Position numbers and translations under genes: made by a program. Positions 51,787 to 61,850 of a stretch of 64,000 bases of DNA are shown here, piece by piece. The notes under the pieces are model-generated. The model was not told where the DNA came from, did no database searches, and worked only from the letters and a program-made list of their open reading frames with translations. The number at the start of each line of letters is the position of its first letter. Within the stretch, counting starts at the first letter, position 1. The stretch spans positions 1-64,000 of the forward strand of contig CAVTCR010000076.1 of assembly GCA_963733195.1 (NCBI GenBank), given 5' to 3'. The DNA comes from an uncultured delta proteobacterium (GTDB lineage Bacteria > Desulfobacterota > Binatia > Bin18).

Positions 51787-52566
51787 ATGAGAACGAAAAC
51801 GTGGATACGACATACGGTATGGATTGCACTGTTGTGCATGGGCATCTTTATTGCGGCAGAAGTTGAGGCCCAACGGGGAGGGGGAGGCCGCGGTGGCGGC
51901 GGTGGCGGTGGTCGTGGTGGCGGCGGTGGCGGCGGTGTCTCCCGTAGTGGCGCGGCTAGTAGCGGTTCGTTCGGTGCTAATCGTTCGTCCGGAGCGGGAA
52001 GTTATTCCCGTAGTGGTGCAGCCAGTAGCGGGAGCTTACAAGGGAATCGAGCGCAGACGCAGCAGAGTCGACAATCCTCTGCCAGCCAGAGGCAAGCCAC
52101 GTCGACGCAGAATCAGCAGACCCGTCAGTCCTCCGCCAGCCAGAGGCAAGCCACGTCGACGCAGAATCAGCAGACTCGCCAATCCTCTGCCAGCGAGAGG
52201 CAATCCACCCGTAATACCCAGCAAGATCAAAATCGGGAAGACTGGCAGGATTACGGGAATAATGCGCGCGAGGACCGGCAGGACTACGGTAAGAACTCGC
52301 GCGAAGACTGGCAAGAATACGGGGACGATCACCATCACGGAGGCTATGGGGGGAGGTATTATGGCGGTTCCTACCCGACTGGGGGAGTCGCGGCCGGAAT
52401 GGTGATTGGAGCCACACTGACTGCCGCCGCCTTTAACGCCCAAAAGTCGTCATGTAGTGGGGTGGCGGTGAACGGCATAACCTACCAACAGTGCGGATCA
52501 ACGTGGTACGAGCCTTCGTATCAGGGGGGCGACGTAACCTACATAGTTGTTAATGCACCGCAGTGA
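51787..52566 (+). CDS. Secreted Gly/Ser/Gln-rich low-complexity protein with a small Cys-containing C-terminal domain
   Basis: Signal peptide; poly-Gly; repeats; VNGITYQQCGSTWY.P.Y.G.DV.Y.VV. Confidence 0.75.
   Translation: MRTKTWIRHTVWIALLCMGIFIAAEVEAQRGGGGRGGGGGGGRGGGGGGGVSRSGAASSGSFGANRSSGAGSYSRSGAASSGSLQGNRAQTQQSRQSSASQRQATSTQNQQTRQSSASQRQATSTQNQQTRQSSASERQSTRNTQQDQNREDWQDYGNNAREDRQDYGKNSREDWQEYGDDHHHGGYGGRYYGGSYPTGGVAAGMVIGATLTAAAFNAQKSSCSGVAVNGITYQQCGSTWYEPSYQGGDVTYIVVNAPQ
52060..52209 (+). repeat. 54-bp coding tandem repeat (about 2.7 copies; ASQRQATSTQNQQTRQSS)
   Basis: Units start at 52081, 52135 and 52189. Confidence 0.85.
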
Positions 52567-52623
52567 GGCAGTGAGAGGATGTGGTGGTTGTTTTGCATGC
52601 TACCTTCGCTGCAGTGAGGAAAG

Positions 52624-52732
52624 TGCTTCGACTTCGCTGCGCTATGCTAGCACGAACGGAACTTCCTTAGCGTGTTCTTGCATGCCGTTCGTGCTGAGCG
52701 TAACCGCCGAAGGCGGTGAAGTCGAAGGACGA
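52624..52732. repeat. REP-like family A, inverted doublet between convergent genes
   Basis: CTTCGACTTCG...GCACGAACGG and CCGTTCGTGCTGAGCGTAAC...GAAGTCGAAG. Confidence 0.75.
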
Positions 52733-52840
52733 CCTACTCTCATGCCTGAACCCTCGGTCTCCTCATGCTGGTTTCTGTAGGGCGTGCGAAACACACTGGT
52801 TCAATGGCGCGTGATGCGCGCCTTGCTGCGAGACACGGTA

Positions 52841-53464
52841 CTAGGGATGAGGCCTTTTCTGCTCCAGGGCGGTGATCGTCGTTGCGATATCACGGCCGAG
52901 ATGAGCCACGGTGCGGCTCAGAGCCGCCGCCAAGGCTCCGTACTCCTGCGATCCAGTCGACTCCGTGAAGTTCGACTGCCGACTGACCAGGGCTTCTCGA
53001 CCGTCTTTGCCCAGCACTCGCCACAACGCAACTAGAGACACGGAGCCATTGGGGGTGCCCAAGAAGTGCGTGGCCTCGACGACTACTTGATAATCGAGCG
53101 GGACCGGTCCTTTCCAGGGAAACACCGCCACACGGTCAGTCCTCAGGAGCGTAGATAAGTTGGCAGCTAACACCCGGGTGAAGTTGGTTTCCAGCGGCTC
53201 GGCCCACTGCGCAAATTCCGCTCGTTGCAGCTCATTCTCACTGCCTCCTGTGATCATCTGGGGCCGGTTGACGTACTCGGGTAATTCCACTGGTCCTACG
53301 CCGATAGCAAGCCCTTGCGTGCCCGTCGCCCGCTGACCCCCATCAGGCTGCGCAAGAGCGGTCAGTGTGTACAACCGGGTGGGCGGCGATTGTTTCCCTA
53401 GGCTACAACTGCTCACGAGCAGTGATGCAATGATGAAGTGGACAAATCGAAAAGACGAGTGCAC
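52841..53464 (-). CDS. pqiC: PqiC-family lipoprotein (ABC auxiliary component)
   Basis: Lipobox VSSC; GPVELPEYVNRPQM, QWAEPL. Confidence 0.8.
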   Translation of the reverse strand: MHSSFRFVHFIIASLLVSSCSLGKQSPPTRLYTLTALAQPDGGQRATGTQGLAIGVGPVELPEYVNRPQMITGGSENELQRAEFAQWAEPLETNFTRVLAANLSTLLRTDRVAVFPWKGPVPLDYQVVVEATHFLGTPNGSVSLVALWRVLGKDGREALVSRQSNFTESTGSQEYGALAAALSRTVAHLGRDIATTITALEQKRPHP

Positions 53465-53473
53465 GAACCTGTC

Positions 53474-54508
53474 TCATTTCGCTTTGCCCTCGTTTCTGCC
53501 AAAGAGGACGGAATTCGGATTGCGCTCTAAATAATCCGCCAGTACGCGCAGCGCGCGCGCCGCCTCAGAGAGTTCTCGTAAGGTTTGCACCAGTTCGTAT
53601 CCCACTGGCGAATTCGGGGCCATTACGCCATTGACGCTCTTCATCGTCTCTTGCGCAGATTCCAATGCGGTCCGGGTTGTGCCGAGGGTTTGTTGCAGGC
53701 TGCTAGTCAGGGGCTGAAGTTGACCATCGGCGTTGCGTGCCAGAGTCCCGATGTCGCCCATCGCGCCCCTCACGCTGCCCAGGGCCTCCGTCGCGCTCGC
53801 CGTGACAGGAGTGATCTGTTTGTCGAGGTTGCGGACTAACTGCTGGGCTTCGGTGAGCGTGGTCTTGAGCGCTCGGACCGACTCCATCAGCTCCGGCGCG
53901 TTTACCAACCGGTCGATGCCTTGCAGCGTCTCGTTGAGCCTAGTCACGATCTGCTCCAGCGGCATCTCACTGAACCTAGCCAGGGCCTTGCGCAGGGTGG
54001 TCTCCACCTCTTGCATGGTGGTCGGAATCGTCGGAATCTCGGGCAGCTTGGTCAGGGGATCAATGGTGACTTGCGCGGGTGGGAGATTCGGATAGAAGGC
54101 CAGTTGGATGAAGCGCTGCCCAGTCACCATACTCTCCGATTGTAATTGGGCACGGAGGCCTTTTTGTTCTACTAGCGCCTTGATCGCTTGCCCCTTTGCC
54201 GGCAGGTGACTTTCCCCTATCAGCCGGAAGTGATCCCGTTGGATCTCGACCACTACCGGTGCGCGCACGGAATAATCTTTAGTATCGACGAACACGCCGA
54301 CGTTGACGACCGTGCCAATATTCACTCCCTCGAAAGCCACCGCCGCCCCATTGTTTAACCCTTTGAGGTCCCCTTCAAAGTACATGACGGTGTTGACCGT
54401 ATCGGCAAAGAACTTTCCCGAACCGAAGATCAACACCCCGGCTACGATCAGCGCTACCGCGCCAACGACGAAGCCGCCAATGACCGCCGGACTGGCTTGC
54501 TTACTCAT
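53474..54508 (-). CDS. MCE (MlaD/PqiB-like) protein
   Basis: IGGFVVGA TM; GL..GA.V.F.GV.IG; GLRAQL; LADYLERNPNSVLFG. Confidence 0.88.
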   Translation of the reverse strand: MSKQASPAVIGGFVVGAVALIVAGVLIFGSGKFFADTVNTVMYFEGDLKGLNNGAAVAFEGVNIGTVVNVGVFVDTKDYSVRAPVVVEIQRDHFRLIGESHLPAKGQAIKALVEQKGLRAQLQSESMVTGQRFIQLAFYPNLPPAQVTIDPLTKLPEIPTIPTTMQEVETTLRKALARFSEMPLEQIVTRLNETLQGIDRLVNAPELMESVRALKTTLTEAQQLVRNLDKQITPVTASATEALGSVRGAMGDIGTLARNADGQLQPLTSSLQQTLGTTRTALESAQETMKSVNGVMAPNSPVGYELVQTLRELSEAARALRVLADYLERNPNSVLFGRNEGKAK

Positions 54509-55278
54509 GCGTGTTCCTCCCCGCGGGTGAGAAACTGGCGCACCTTGGGATCGTGCGACTCAGCCAAGAGTACCTTGGGATCTCCTTCCGCGATCATCGT
54601 CTTACTCTCCGGATCGAGAAAGACTGAGTTTGTGCCAATCGTAAAGATGCTGGCCAATTCGTGTGTTACCACTACCACAGTTGCTCCTAAACTCTCACGC
54701 AATTCTAAGATCAAATCATCGAGGAGCCGTGAACTCACCGGGTCGAGGCCCGCCGACGGCTCATCGAAGAAAAGAATTTCCGGATCAAGCGCCATGGCGC
54801 GCGCAAGCCCGGCCCGTTTTTGCATACCGCCACTAATCTCAGACGGGTAGTAATCTTCAAAGCCGGCCAAACCGACCAAGGCCAGCTTCAGCGAGGTGAG
54901 TTCGCGAATCTGACTCGGGCCGAGATCGGTGTATTGTTCCAACGGCAGCGCCACGTTCTCGGCCAGTGTGAGGGAACTCCACAGCGCCCCCTTCTGATAG
55001 AGGATGCCGAAGCGGCGCATCAAGCGTTCGCGTTCTTCCGGTTCAGCCGCCCAGAAACTCTTGCCGCTGTAGAACACATCCCCTTTGGCCGGGGATTTCA
55101 GTCCAATGAGATGACGCAGGAGGGTGCTTTTGCCACAGCCGCTACCACCCATGATGATGAAAATGTCGCCGTGCCGCACGGTGAACGTGAGATCTCGCTG
55201 TAGTACGAAGCTGCCGTACGCCATAGTGAGGTCGCGTACTTCGATATGCGCCTCAGTTGGCCTCGCAACTGTCGCCAT
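54505..55278 (-). CDS. ABC transporter ATP-binding protein (MlaF-like)
   Basis: GGSGCGKS, ISGGMQKR, FFDEP, VTHE. Confidence 0.92.
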   Translation of the reverse strand: MATVARPTEAHIEVRDLTMAYGSFVLQRDLTFTVRHGDIFIIMGGSGCGKSTLLRHLIGLKSPAKGDVFYSGKSFWAAEPEERERLMRRFGILYQKGALWSSLTLAENVALPLEQYTDLGPSQIRELTSLKLALVGLAGFEDYYPSEISGGMQKRAGLARAMALDPEILFFDEPSAGLDPVSSRLLDDLILELRESLGATVVVVTHELASIFTIGTNSVFLDPESKTMIAEGDPKVLLAESHDPKVRQFLTRGEEHA

Positions 55279-55290
55279 CCTATATTCTCC

Positions 55291-56469
55291 CTAGATCCCC
55301 AAGACGTTGAGCATCACTGTTAAGATTGCGTCCGACACAATAATCCAGACAATCGCGGTCACCACCGCGGAGGTGGCCGCGTCCCCGACCGCCGAGGCAC
55401 TGCGCCCGCACTGCATCCCGCGCATACAGCCGGCAATAGCCACCAACACGCCAAAGACTGCGGCATACACGAGTCCCACCGCGAAGTCTGTAAGGTCTAG
55501 CGCATGGCGGGTTTCCTCGAAGTAGACTCTCGCTCCCAGGTCCATCAACCCCACGCCAACCATGGCGCCCCCCAAGATACCCATCAGATCCGCGTATAAG
55601 GTCAGGAGCGGCATCATCACTATTAACGCCAGCATGCGGGGCAAGACCAGGAATTCCATCGGTGGCAGACCGGTCGTCTCTAAGGCATCAATCTCTTCAT
55701 TGACCGTCATCGTGCCAAGTTGGGCCGCGAAGGCCGCGCCAGTGCGTCCCGCCATGATGATGGCGGTCATCATCGCGCCCATCTGCCGCGCCATGCCGAT
55801 TCCTACCAGATCAGCGATGTAGATTTGCGCACCGAACTGCGCCAGTTGTGTGGCGCCGATAAAGGCCAGGATTAGTCCCACGAGCAGGCTAATCAGCGAG
55901 ACAATAGGCAAGGCCTGAGCGCCACACTCCTGCATGATCAATAGCAGATCGGCCCGCTGAAAACGGGCCCGGCCGCGTAGCAACGCGCCGAAGGCGAGAG
56001 CGGCTTGGCCGAGGAAGCCGAGCAGATCGACAGACGCCTGCTGGGTAGCCACTGCTGCTTTGCCGATCCGCGCCAGCACAGGCTCGCGCACGGCCTCACG
56101 ACGTGCGCCGCTGCGTTCAGGCACAGCGGTCGCCAGGCGCAGGAGGCGCTGGATTCCCTCAGGCAGGTTGGCGAGGTCGCAGGTGAGCTGGCGCTGGCTA
56201 CAGAGGGCCTGGCACTTGAGCAGAAACGACAGCAGGGTGCTGTCCCACGCCTGCAGCCCCTGGGTCTCGAAGGTGAGGCGTCGCACCTGGGGTGCGGCCT
56301 CTAACTGCTGCGCGACTCCGTCGATAGCAGGTGTTTCTGCCGCCAACGTCCAATTGCCCGCGAGTCTCACGCTCAGGGTGTCGGTAGTTGGTTGCTGGAA
56401 ATGCAATTCAGGGGGCAATGACGGAGGTGGGGGAGTGTTCTCCCTGGGGCTATTCAATGCCGTGGTCAT
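55291..56469 (-). CDS. MlaE-family permease with an N-terminal STAS-like domain
   Basis: WDS; ALPIV; AGRTGAAFAAQLGTM.V.EEIDAL; VG.A.T.AVV. Confidence 0.9.
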   Translation of the reverse strand: MTTALNSPRENTPPPPSLPPELHFQQPTTDTLSVRLAGNWTLAAETPAIDGVAQQLEAAPQVRRLTFETQGLQAWDSTLLSFLLKCQALCSQRQLTCDLANLPEGIQRLLRLATAVPERSGARREAVREPVLARIGKAAVATQQASVDLLGFLGQAALAFGALLRGRARFQRADLLLIMQECGAQALPIVSLISLLVGLILAFIGATQLAQFGAQIYIADLVGIGMARQMGAMMTAIIMAGRTGAAFAAQLGTMTVNEEIDALETTGLPPMEFLVLPRMLALIVMMPLLTLYADLMGILGGAMVGVGLMDLGARVYFEETRHALDLTDFAVGLVYAAVFGVLVAIAGCMRGMQCGRSASAVGDAATSAVVTAIVWIIVSDAILTVMLNVLGI

Positions 56470-56693
56470 GGTGGAAAACGTCAATCAATCGCATGAGTTG
56501 CGCGGGATTTTTGCATTTAAGCTCATCAGTAGCTAGGGGGATGCTCGCACATGTTGCCTTCCTCACAGTAAGCTTCGCTTGCAAAGACTACGCTGCGCTG
56601 GAGAAGGCGATCAACCGCAAGCTGCGGAAGGTCGGACCGAGCTACAGCATCCGTAACCTCTACTGGACGCCCTAGGGGCGGTATCGCTTCGTA

Positions 56694-56897
56694 ATGAGGG
56701 TGAGTGTCGATCCGCGCGACGAGACGAAGCTGCATCAGGTCGTCAAGGAAGTGCTCCGAGAGCTACCTGGTGACCGACCGGTGCAGGCCAAGTGGTACCT
56801 TCCCGAGTCGCTCGTCGAACGGGTCAAGTCGCGGGCCAAGAAGAAGAGCGTGAGTCAGTCGGCACTTGTTGCCGAGTACTTGGCCGAGGCTCTGTAG
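56694..56897 (+). CDS. Small RHH/CopG-like DNA-binding protein
   Basis: YLPESLVERVK.RA....VSQSALVAEYL. Confidence 0.55.
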   Translation: MRVSVDPRDETKLHQVVKEVLRELPGDRPVQAKWYLPESLVERVKSRAKKKSVSQSALVAEYLAEAL

Positions 56898-57077
56898 ATC
56901 GGTGGCCGAGGCCGTGTCCGCGATGTGGGGAGCGAGCAGACCGATCACATGGTTGACTTTAGATTAATCGGGGTTTTATAAAGCGGCTGGACCATTCATG
57001 AAAGCTCCGAGCCATAAAGGATGGAACACGTAGTGATAGACAAACTGTGAGCTTATTAGTCGAAGGAGGAAGACTGC

Positions 57078-57581
57078 ATGAAGAAATGTTATCTGATGGT
57101 CACGTGGATAGTGGTCGCAGGCGTTTTGAGCAGTTCGCTTGTCTCTGCCCAAGATCAAGGGAATCAACAGCAAGGGAACCAACAGATAGATCGTTATATC
57201 ACCATGCTCAGGACCGACCTAACGGCACAGAAAGCGTCGATCATCGTCAGTAACATGCGCTTGACTGAGGCTGAAACGGAAGCGTTTTGGCCGGTATACC
57301 GGAAATACAATAAAGAGCTAGACAAGGTGGGAGATGCAAAAGTCGCGGTGGTTAAGGACTACGCCGCCCATCTTGATTCCGTTGACGACAAGAAAGCCAA
57401 AGAATTGACTGCCAAAGCGCTGGAGGTGGAAGAGCAGCGGCTGCAAGTAATCAAGAAATATATTGGGGAATTTGACAAGGTGCTATCGGCCAAGCAGGTG
57501 GCGCGGTTCTTTCAGTTAGAGATGCAGATGCAGCGTATGGTGGATATGCAATTAGCGTCGGAACTACCGCTGGTCAAGTAA
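57078..57581 (+). CDS. Secreted helical protein (Spy/CpxP-like)
   Basis: RBS AAGGAGG; signal peptide; LTEAE...FWPVY..Y; F.KVL..KQVARF.QLE. Confidence 0.7.
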   Translation: MKKCYLMVTWIVVAGVLSSSLVSAQDQGNQQQGNQQIDRYITMLRTDLTAQKASIIVSNMRLTEAETEAFWPVYRKYNKELDKVGDAKVAVVKDYAAHLDSVDDKKAKELTAKALEVEEQRLQVIKKYIGEFDKVLSAKQVARFFQLEMQMQRMVDMQLASELPLVK

Positions 57582-57829
57582 TTGCCCTACAAAAGGTCGT
57601 CGGGAGGTGGGAATGCCACCGCTCTTTGGGTGAAACGGACGCGAACCGCCCGAAGAGGTGTGGACAGACGTGTTCCCTTTGATCACTGCACGTGATGTCC
57701 CTCCGTGGGTTGCGGATTGTGGCCACAGGGCTGCACTCCAATGGCATGTAAGTGAGGGAGAGGACTGTCATTGCGACTCCCCCTGGTCATTTTGCCGTAT
57801 CGCTTTGATTCAGCGGGCATTGTGACTCG

Positions 57830-58029
57830 CCTGGCACGCGCAGCTTTGCCCTGACGATGATCACGTCGGGCTGGTGTCGTTGGCGCTGGGCACGGTGCAA
57901 CACGTCGTGAGTCTGCGGCAGCGGCGGGTGCAATACCCGGTTATCCCCCGCTCGGTGGCGGCGCTGCTGGCGGGGTTGATTTCGCTTCTCGGGTTACTGG
58001 CATTGCTCGCAGTGCTCTTTCGGCAGTAA
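57830..58029 (+). pseudogene. 3' remnant of a YidH/DUF202-like membrane protein
   Basis: Hand translation FALTMIT/GLVSLALGTVQH...RSVAALLAGLISLLGLLALLAVLFRQ*. Confidence 0.5.
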
Positions 58030-58224
58030 TACTTTTCCTAATCTGAACCGCAATCTGAACCGCTTGCGTCTATCGCTGAACCACAAGCCTGTGTAAGCTC
58101 CTCTGCGAAGACAACACCTAGTGATAGATAAGGAGAAATCTACGCTCAAGCGCTCTTAGAGAAGTTCTTCGGCCTGCAAGAGGAAAATCTGGAGAAGACT
58201 TAACGTAACGTATAAGGAGAAAGT

Positions 58225-59010
58225 ATGACGAAGAGAAATACACTCAAGGCACGAGCTCGCATCGAGATGCTTGCTGTGGCATTTGGGTGTTTTGTGATTG
58301 CCGGAGCTACAGCAAGCGCCCAGAGTAGTCCTGAGTTTTCTTACTCGGGTGACGAGGGGCCAGGTTTTTGGGGCGAACTATCACCAGACTGGGAAAACTG
58401 TTCAACAAACATGCGCCCATCCCCGATCAATATCGAGCGGGCGGAGCGCGACAGGACCCTCGGGCCGTTATCCCTTGATTTCCACGAGACAGCGATCGAC
58501 CTGACTAACAACGGGCATACCATCGAGCAAGAATATGAGCCAGGAAGCAGGCTGACCTTCGAAGGGGTGACGTACGAGCTTTCGCAGTTTCATTTCCATA
58601 CACTATCGGAGCACACCATTAAGGGACGTCGGGGGGTAATGGAACTCCACGCGGTCCTTAGCGATGCCGCGACCGGCAACAAGGCCGTCATCGGACAGCT
58701 GTATGAGATCGGGAGCGGGGAGAACCCCTTCCTTGCCCAATTCGACGACTCTCTGCCCAGAAACGCAGGGGACAATACCTCATCCGCGACTACGATCAAT
58801 GTGGCGGACGGCTTCGAGAATACCAAGGCATACTACACGTATCCAGGGTCGCTGACGACGCCGGCGTGTTCACCAGTTGTGACTTGGATTGTGCTCAAGA
58901 AGCGGGCGACACTGTCTGAGGAGCAGTTCCGGCGGTTCAACGACATCCTGGGCCACAACTTCCGGCCCCTCCAAGCGCTGAACGGTCGCACGATCCGCTC
59001 GTCCCGATAA
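58225..59010 (+). CDS. Periplasmic alpha-class carbonic anhydrase
   Basis: SPINI, NNGHT, QFHFH..SEH, ELH, Y.GSLTTP.C, NFRPLQ.LNGR. Confidence 0.92.
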   Translation: MTKRNTLKARARIEMLAVAFGCFVIAGATASAQSSPEFSYSGDEGPGFWGELSPDWENCSTNMRPSPINIERAERDRTLGPLSLDFHETAIDLTNNGHTIEQEYEPGSRLTFEGVTYELSQFHFHTLSEHTIKGRRGVMELHAVLSDAATGNKAVIGQLYEIGSGENPFLAQFDDSLPRNAGDNTSSATTINVADGFENTKAYYTYPGSLTTPACSPVVTWIVLKKRATLSEEQFRRFNDILGHNFRPLQALNGRTIRSSR

Positions 59011-59061
59011 TCGGTTTCGGGTGCGTGCTCAGGAGACCAGCGCGACCGTGCTGGAGATCGA

Positions 59062-59154
59062 AGAGGCTGGTTCGCGATCTTCCGGCTGTATGGCCTGCTG
59101 GAGCCGTGGTTCGACAAGATCTGGCAACCGGGAGAGATCGAGTTGATGAACTGA
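59062..59154 (+). pseudogene. Extreme 3' remnant of a DUF1254/DUF1214 protein
   Basis: RGWFAIFRLYGLLEPWFDKIWQPGEIELMN*. Confidence 0.65.
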
Positions 59155-59183
59155 CCGCACAGGAAAGGCGAGGTTGACCGCCA

Positions 59184-59981
59184 ATGAGCATCGATACCAT
59201 ACCCATTGGGATTATTTTCACCGCAACGATCATCCTCGTAATGGTCGCCATCGAATTAGGGTACCAGCTGGGGCAAGCCATGCACCGGCGGTCGGAAGAG
59301 GAAAAGGAATCGCCGGTCTCTGCCATCGCCGGCGCCATCCTTGGGCTGGCGGCGTTCATGCTGGCATTCACGTTTGGAATCGTCTCGGAACGCCATGACG
59401 CCAAGAAGGGGTTGGTGCGCGATGAAGCCATTGCCATCCGCACCGCCTGGCAGCGATCGGACTTTCTGCCGGAAACGGATCGCGCCGAGGCCACTGCCTT
59501 GCTGCGGCAGTACGTCGATCTGCGCGTGACATTCGTGGAGGCGGGCAACCTCGAACCGGAGCGCGTGACAAATGTCCTGGCCGAGACGCAGCGGATACAA
59601 GACCGGCTGTGGGATATGGCGGTCGCCAACGCGCGGCTGGACATGAACTCCGACGTCGCCGCGATGTACATCGACTCGCTGAACGAGGTGAACGGGATTC
59701 ATGCGTCGAGAGTGGCGGTCGGGATTCAGGCGCGGATTCCCGCCGAGATTTGGCTTGCGCTCTACTGCATCACGATTCTCGGCATGATGAGCGTCGGCTA
59801 TCAGACGGGAATCGCCGGATCGAAACGATCCATGGCGCGGCCGATCCTGGCCCTGTCGTTCGCCCTGGTGTTCGCGTTGATCGCATCGCTCGATCGCCCT
59901 GACAGCGGCATCATGAAGGTCACCCAACAACCGCTGATCGACCTTCGCGACTCAATGGTCGCGGCTGACGGGCGCACATAG
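59184..59981 (+). CDS. DUF4239 (bestrophin-like) membrane protein
   Basis: LGL.AFMLAFTF...R...EA.AI.TA; SLNEV; L.RP..G...V.QQPL. Confidence 0.75.
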   Translation: MSIDTIPIGIIFTATIILVMVAIELGYQLGQAMHRRSEEEKESPVSAIAGAILGLAAFMLAFTFGIVSERHDAKKGLVRDEAIAIRTAWQRSDFLPETDRAEATALLRQYVDLRVTFVEAGNLEPERVTNVLAETQRIQDRLWDMAVANARLDMNSDVAAMYIDSLNEVNGIHASRVAVGIQARIPAEIWLALYCITILGMMSVGYQTGIAGSKRSMARPILALSFALVFALIASLDRPDSGIMKVTQQPLIDLRDSMVAADGRT

Positions 59982-60050
59982 CGCGAATGAAGCAGCACGG
60001 ACGAGGTTCAGAGCGGATTGAAACATACAGAGCTTAGGCACGTTTTACTG

Positions 60051-60177
60051 CAATGCCGTTCAGGTTAAATGTGAAACGAACCATACTCACGACCAACACT
60101 GAAGGATTAGCGGACTGACTGCAATGAAAGCAAAATCCCGTAGCGCACAGCCGCCACGTAAAGGTCACCGGTCCCAA
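60051..60177 (+). mobile_element. Possible IS4-family left-end remnant
   Basis: CAATGCCGTTCAGGTTAA resembles the IS4 terminal repeat TAATGCCGATCAGTTAAG (from memory); basic ORF start MKAKSRSAQPPRKGHR at 60124. Confidence 0.3.
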
Positions 60178-61260
60178 GTAACGTGGGCAGATCAGGAATC
60201 CGACGATCCAAGCATTGAGTGGAGAGCGCGGCAAATTCAATTTCTGCCATATTGAGCCACGACCCTTTCTTGGGGGTATAGTGCAGTGTCAACTTCTGCG
60301 CCAAGGCAAACGCCTCAGCAGGGGGCAAGACTTCATAGAACGAGCCCGGCGTGTGGGTATTGAGATTATCCTGCACGAGTCGGAGGGACTGCGCTTCGGG
60401 ATAGTGGTGGGTGAGCAGCGTCTGCATGAAGTGGGCATAGTCACTCGCGGTGCGGCGTTCTCGGACCTCGACATAGCGAAAGCCCGTGTGAGGCTCAAAC
60501 GCGAGGAACACACAACACGAGCCGTTCTTCTGGTATTCATAATGATACCGCTTCGCTTTGCCGGGACTCATCGGCAAAATCCCGCCGACATCGTCAATCA
60601 GAAAGCAGGGCCGTTCATCGAAGCAGAGTAACGGGTGGCGAACGTCGTACGGGAGCTGATATTGATACAGGACATCTTCCATATGCCACACATAAGCGCC
60701 GGTAATGTCGCCCATGACACCATTGCTCACTTAACCAGGGCTTGAGTTTGTTTTTTTTAGTACCCGCCGCACGCTCTCATGGGAAATCGACTCCGTCACC
60801 GCGAGTTCGACGACCTTGTCGGCAATCAGCTGGAGTGTCCAACGGCTCCGGCCAGATGGGTGGGGTACTGCAGGCAATCATCGTCACCTTGGCTTCCACC
60901 CGACTATCCAAGCGTGATCGGACGCCCACTGCGCGGTGCGTCGTGGAGCAGATCGAGAATATGCGGCATAGGCCTTCTGCTGATATTTCTTGCGGACGGT
61001 GTACACCGTCCCTCGCGACACCCCCAACAGCTCGGTGAGTTCGTGCTCTTTCCGTCCTTCGTCCAACAACAGCAAAATCCGTGCTCGCGTAATCGCACGG
61101 GCACTCTTTTTCCCATGGCTGACAAAGTCCTCTAACGCTCTTCGTTCCCTTTTGGTTAATGTGACGGCTCGCTGTTTCGTTGGCATCCTTCCCTCCTGCT
61201 GACGAGTGAAAGGATACCTGACTCAATGCCCTTGTTCAAAATCTTTTGTGACAGACCACT
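60178..61260 (-). mobile_element. IS630-family element (copy 2), 3'-truncated, frameshifted
   Basis: Left IR AGTGGTCTGTCACA at 61247-61260; protein closely similar to copy 1; same A8 slippery site (T8 at 60751-60758); similarity stops after PDLPTL. Confidence 0.88.
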
Positions 61261-61412
61261 TAGGCGATTTCCGGGAAAGGTTATCCCACACGCAATACGA
61301 AGCATAACAATCCGAACAGTCTGAACTGGGCTAATACGTCGGTTTTAATTGCTCGCATACGGGATATTCTTTGCAAGAAATCGCCTTAAGCCGTTTGCTG
61401 TAGCCAGCAATT

Positions 61413-61535
61413 CTCCTCTCCCTCCGGGAGAGCTTGTCCTTCGCGTGAGTCGGAGGAGGCTAGGGTGAGGGGAAGAAATAAAGGAGTTTTCGCTGTTTGC
61501 TTCCCTCATCCTGACCTTCTCCCACAGGGAGAAGG
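61413..61535. repeat. REP-like family B, inverted doublet
   Basis: CTCTCCCTCCGGGAGAG...GGGTGAGGGG and CCCTCATCCTGACCTTCTCCCACAGGGAGAAGG. Confidence 0.65.
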
Positions 61536-61614
61536 TACCCTTATCCGCACCTGTGCGACCAAAGCACCGGCATTTACCCTTAAGTTGTGACCAGTACGTA
61601 AAGGTGCCCCCTGG

Positions 61615-61827
61615 GCTTGGAGCGGAGCTGTTGTTGTGGCGGCTGTCGTTACCGCTGCTGTTGTGTGGTATGTTTCCCGTCCGATTCAAAACACGATGGT
61701 GGTGTCCGCGTTCATGCCGACCCGGGCGAACTCCGCGCTGCCTCCCGGCCCTGCACCGGAAGGCATGGTCTGGATCCCCGGCGGTGAGTTCTCTATGGGG
61801 GCGGCGGAACTGCCGCTGGTCAAATGA
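61615..61827 (+). pseudogene. 5' fragment of a formylglycine-generating-enzyme (SUMF1) family protein
   Basis: TM segment then PT..N...PPGPAPEGMVWIPGGEFSMG, followed by a stop. Confidence 0.65.
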
Positions 61828-61850
61828 TTTCTTCAGAGAGTAATGCTCGC

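Noticed and set aside
56541-56675. Toxin gene upstream of the RHH ORF at 56694
   Set aside because: Short frame without a recognisable toxin motif; cannot be supported.
51-61260. Composite transposon bounded by the two IS630 left ends
   Set aside because: The interval carries core genes (purM, minCDE, engB), the copies are diverged, one is truncated, and the outer ends lack the TA expected of an IS630 insertion.
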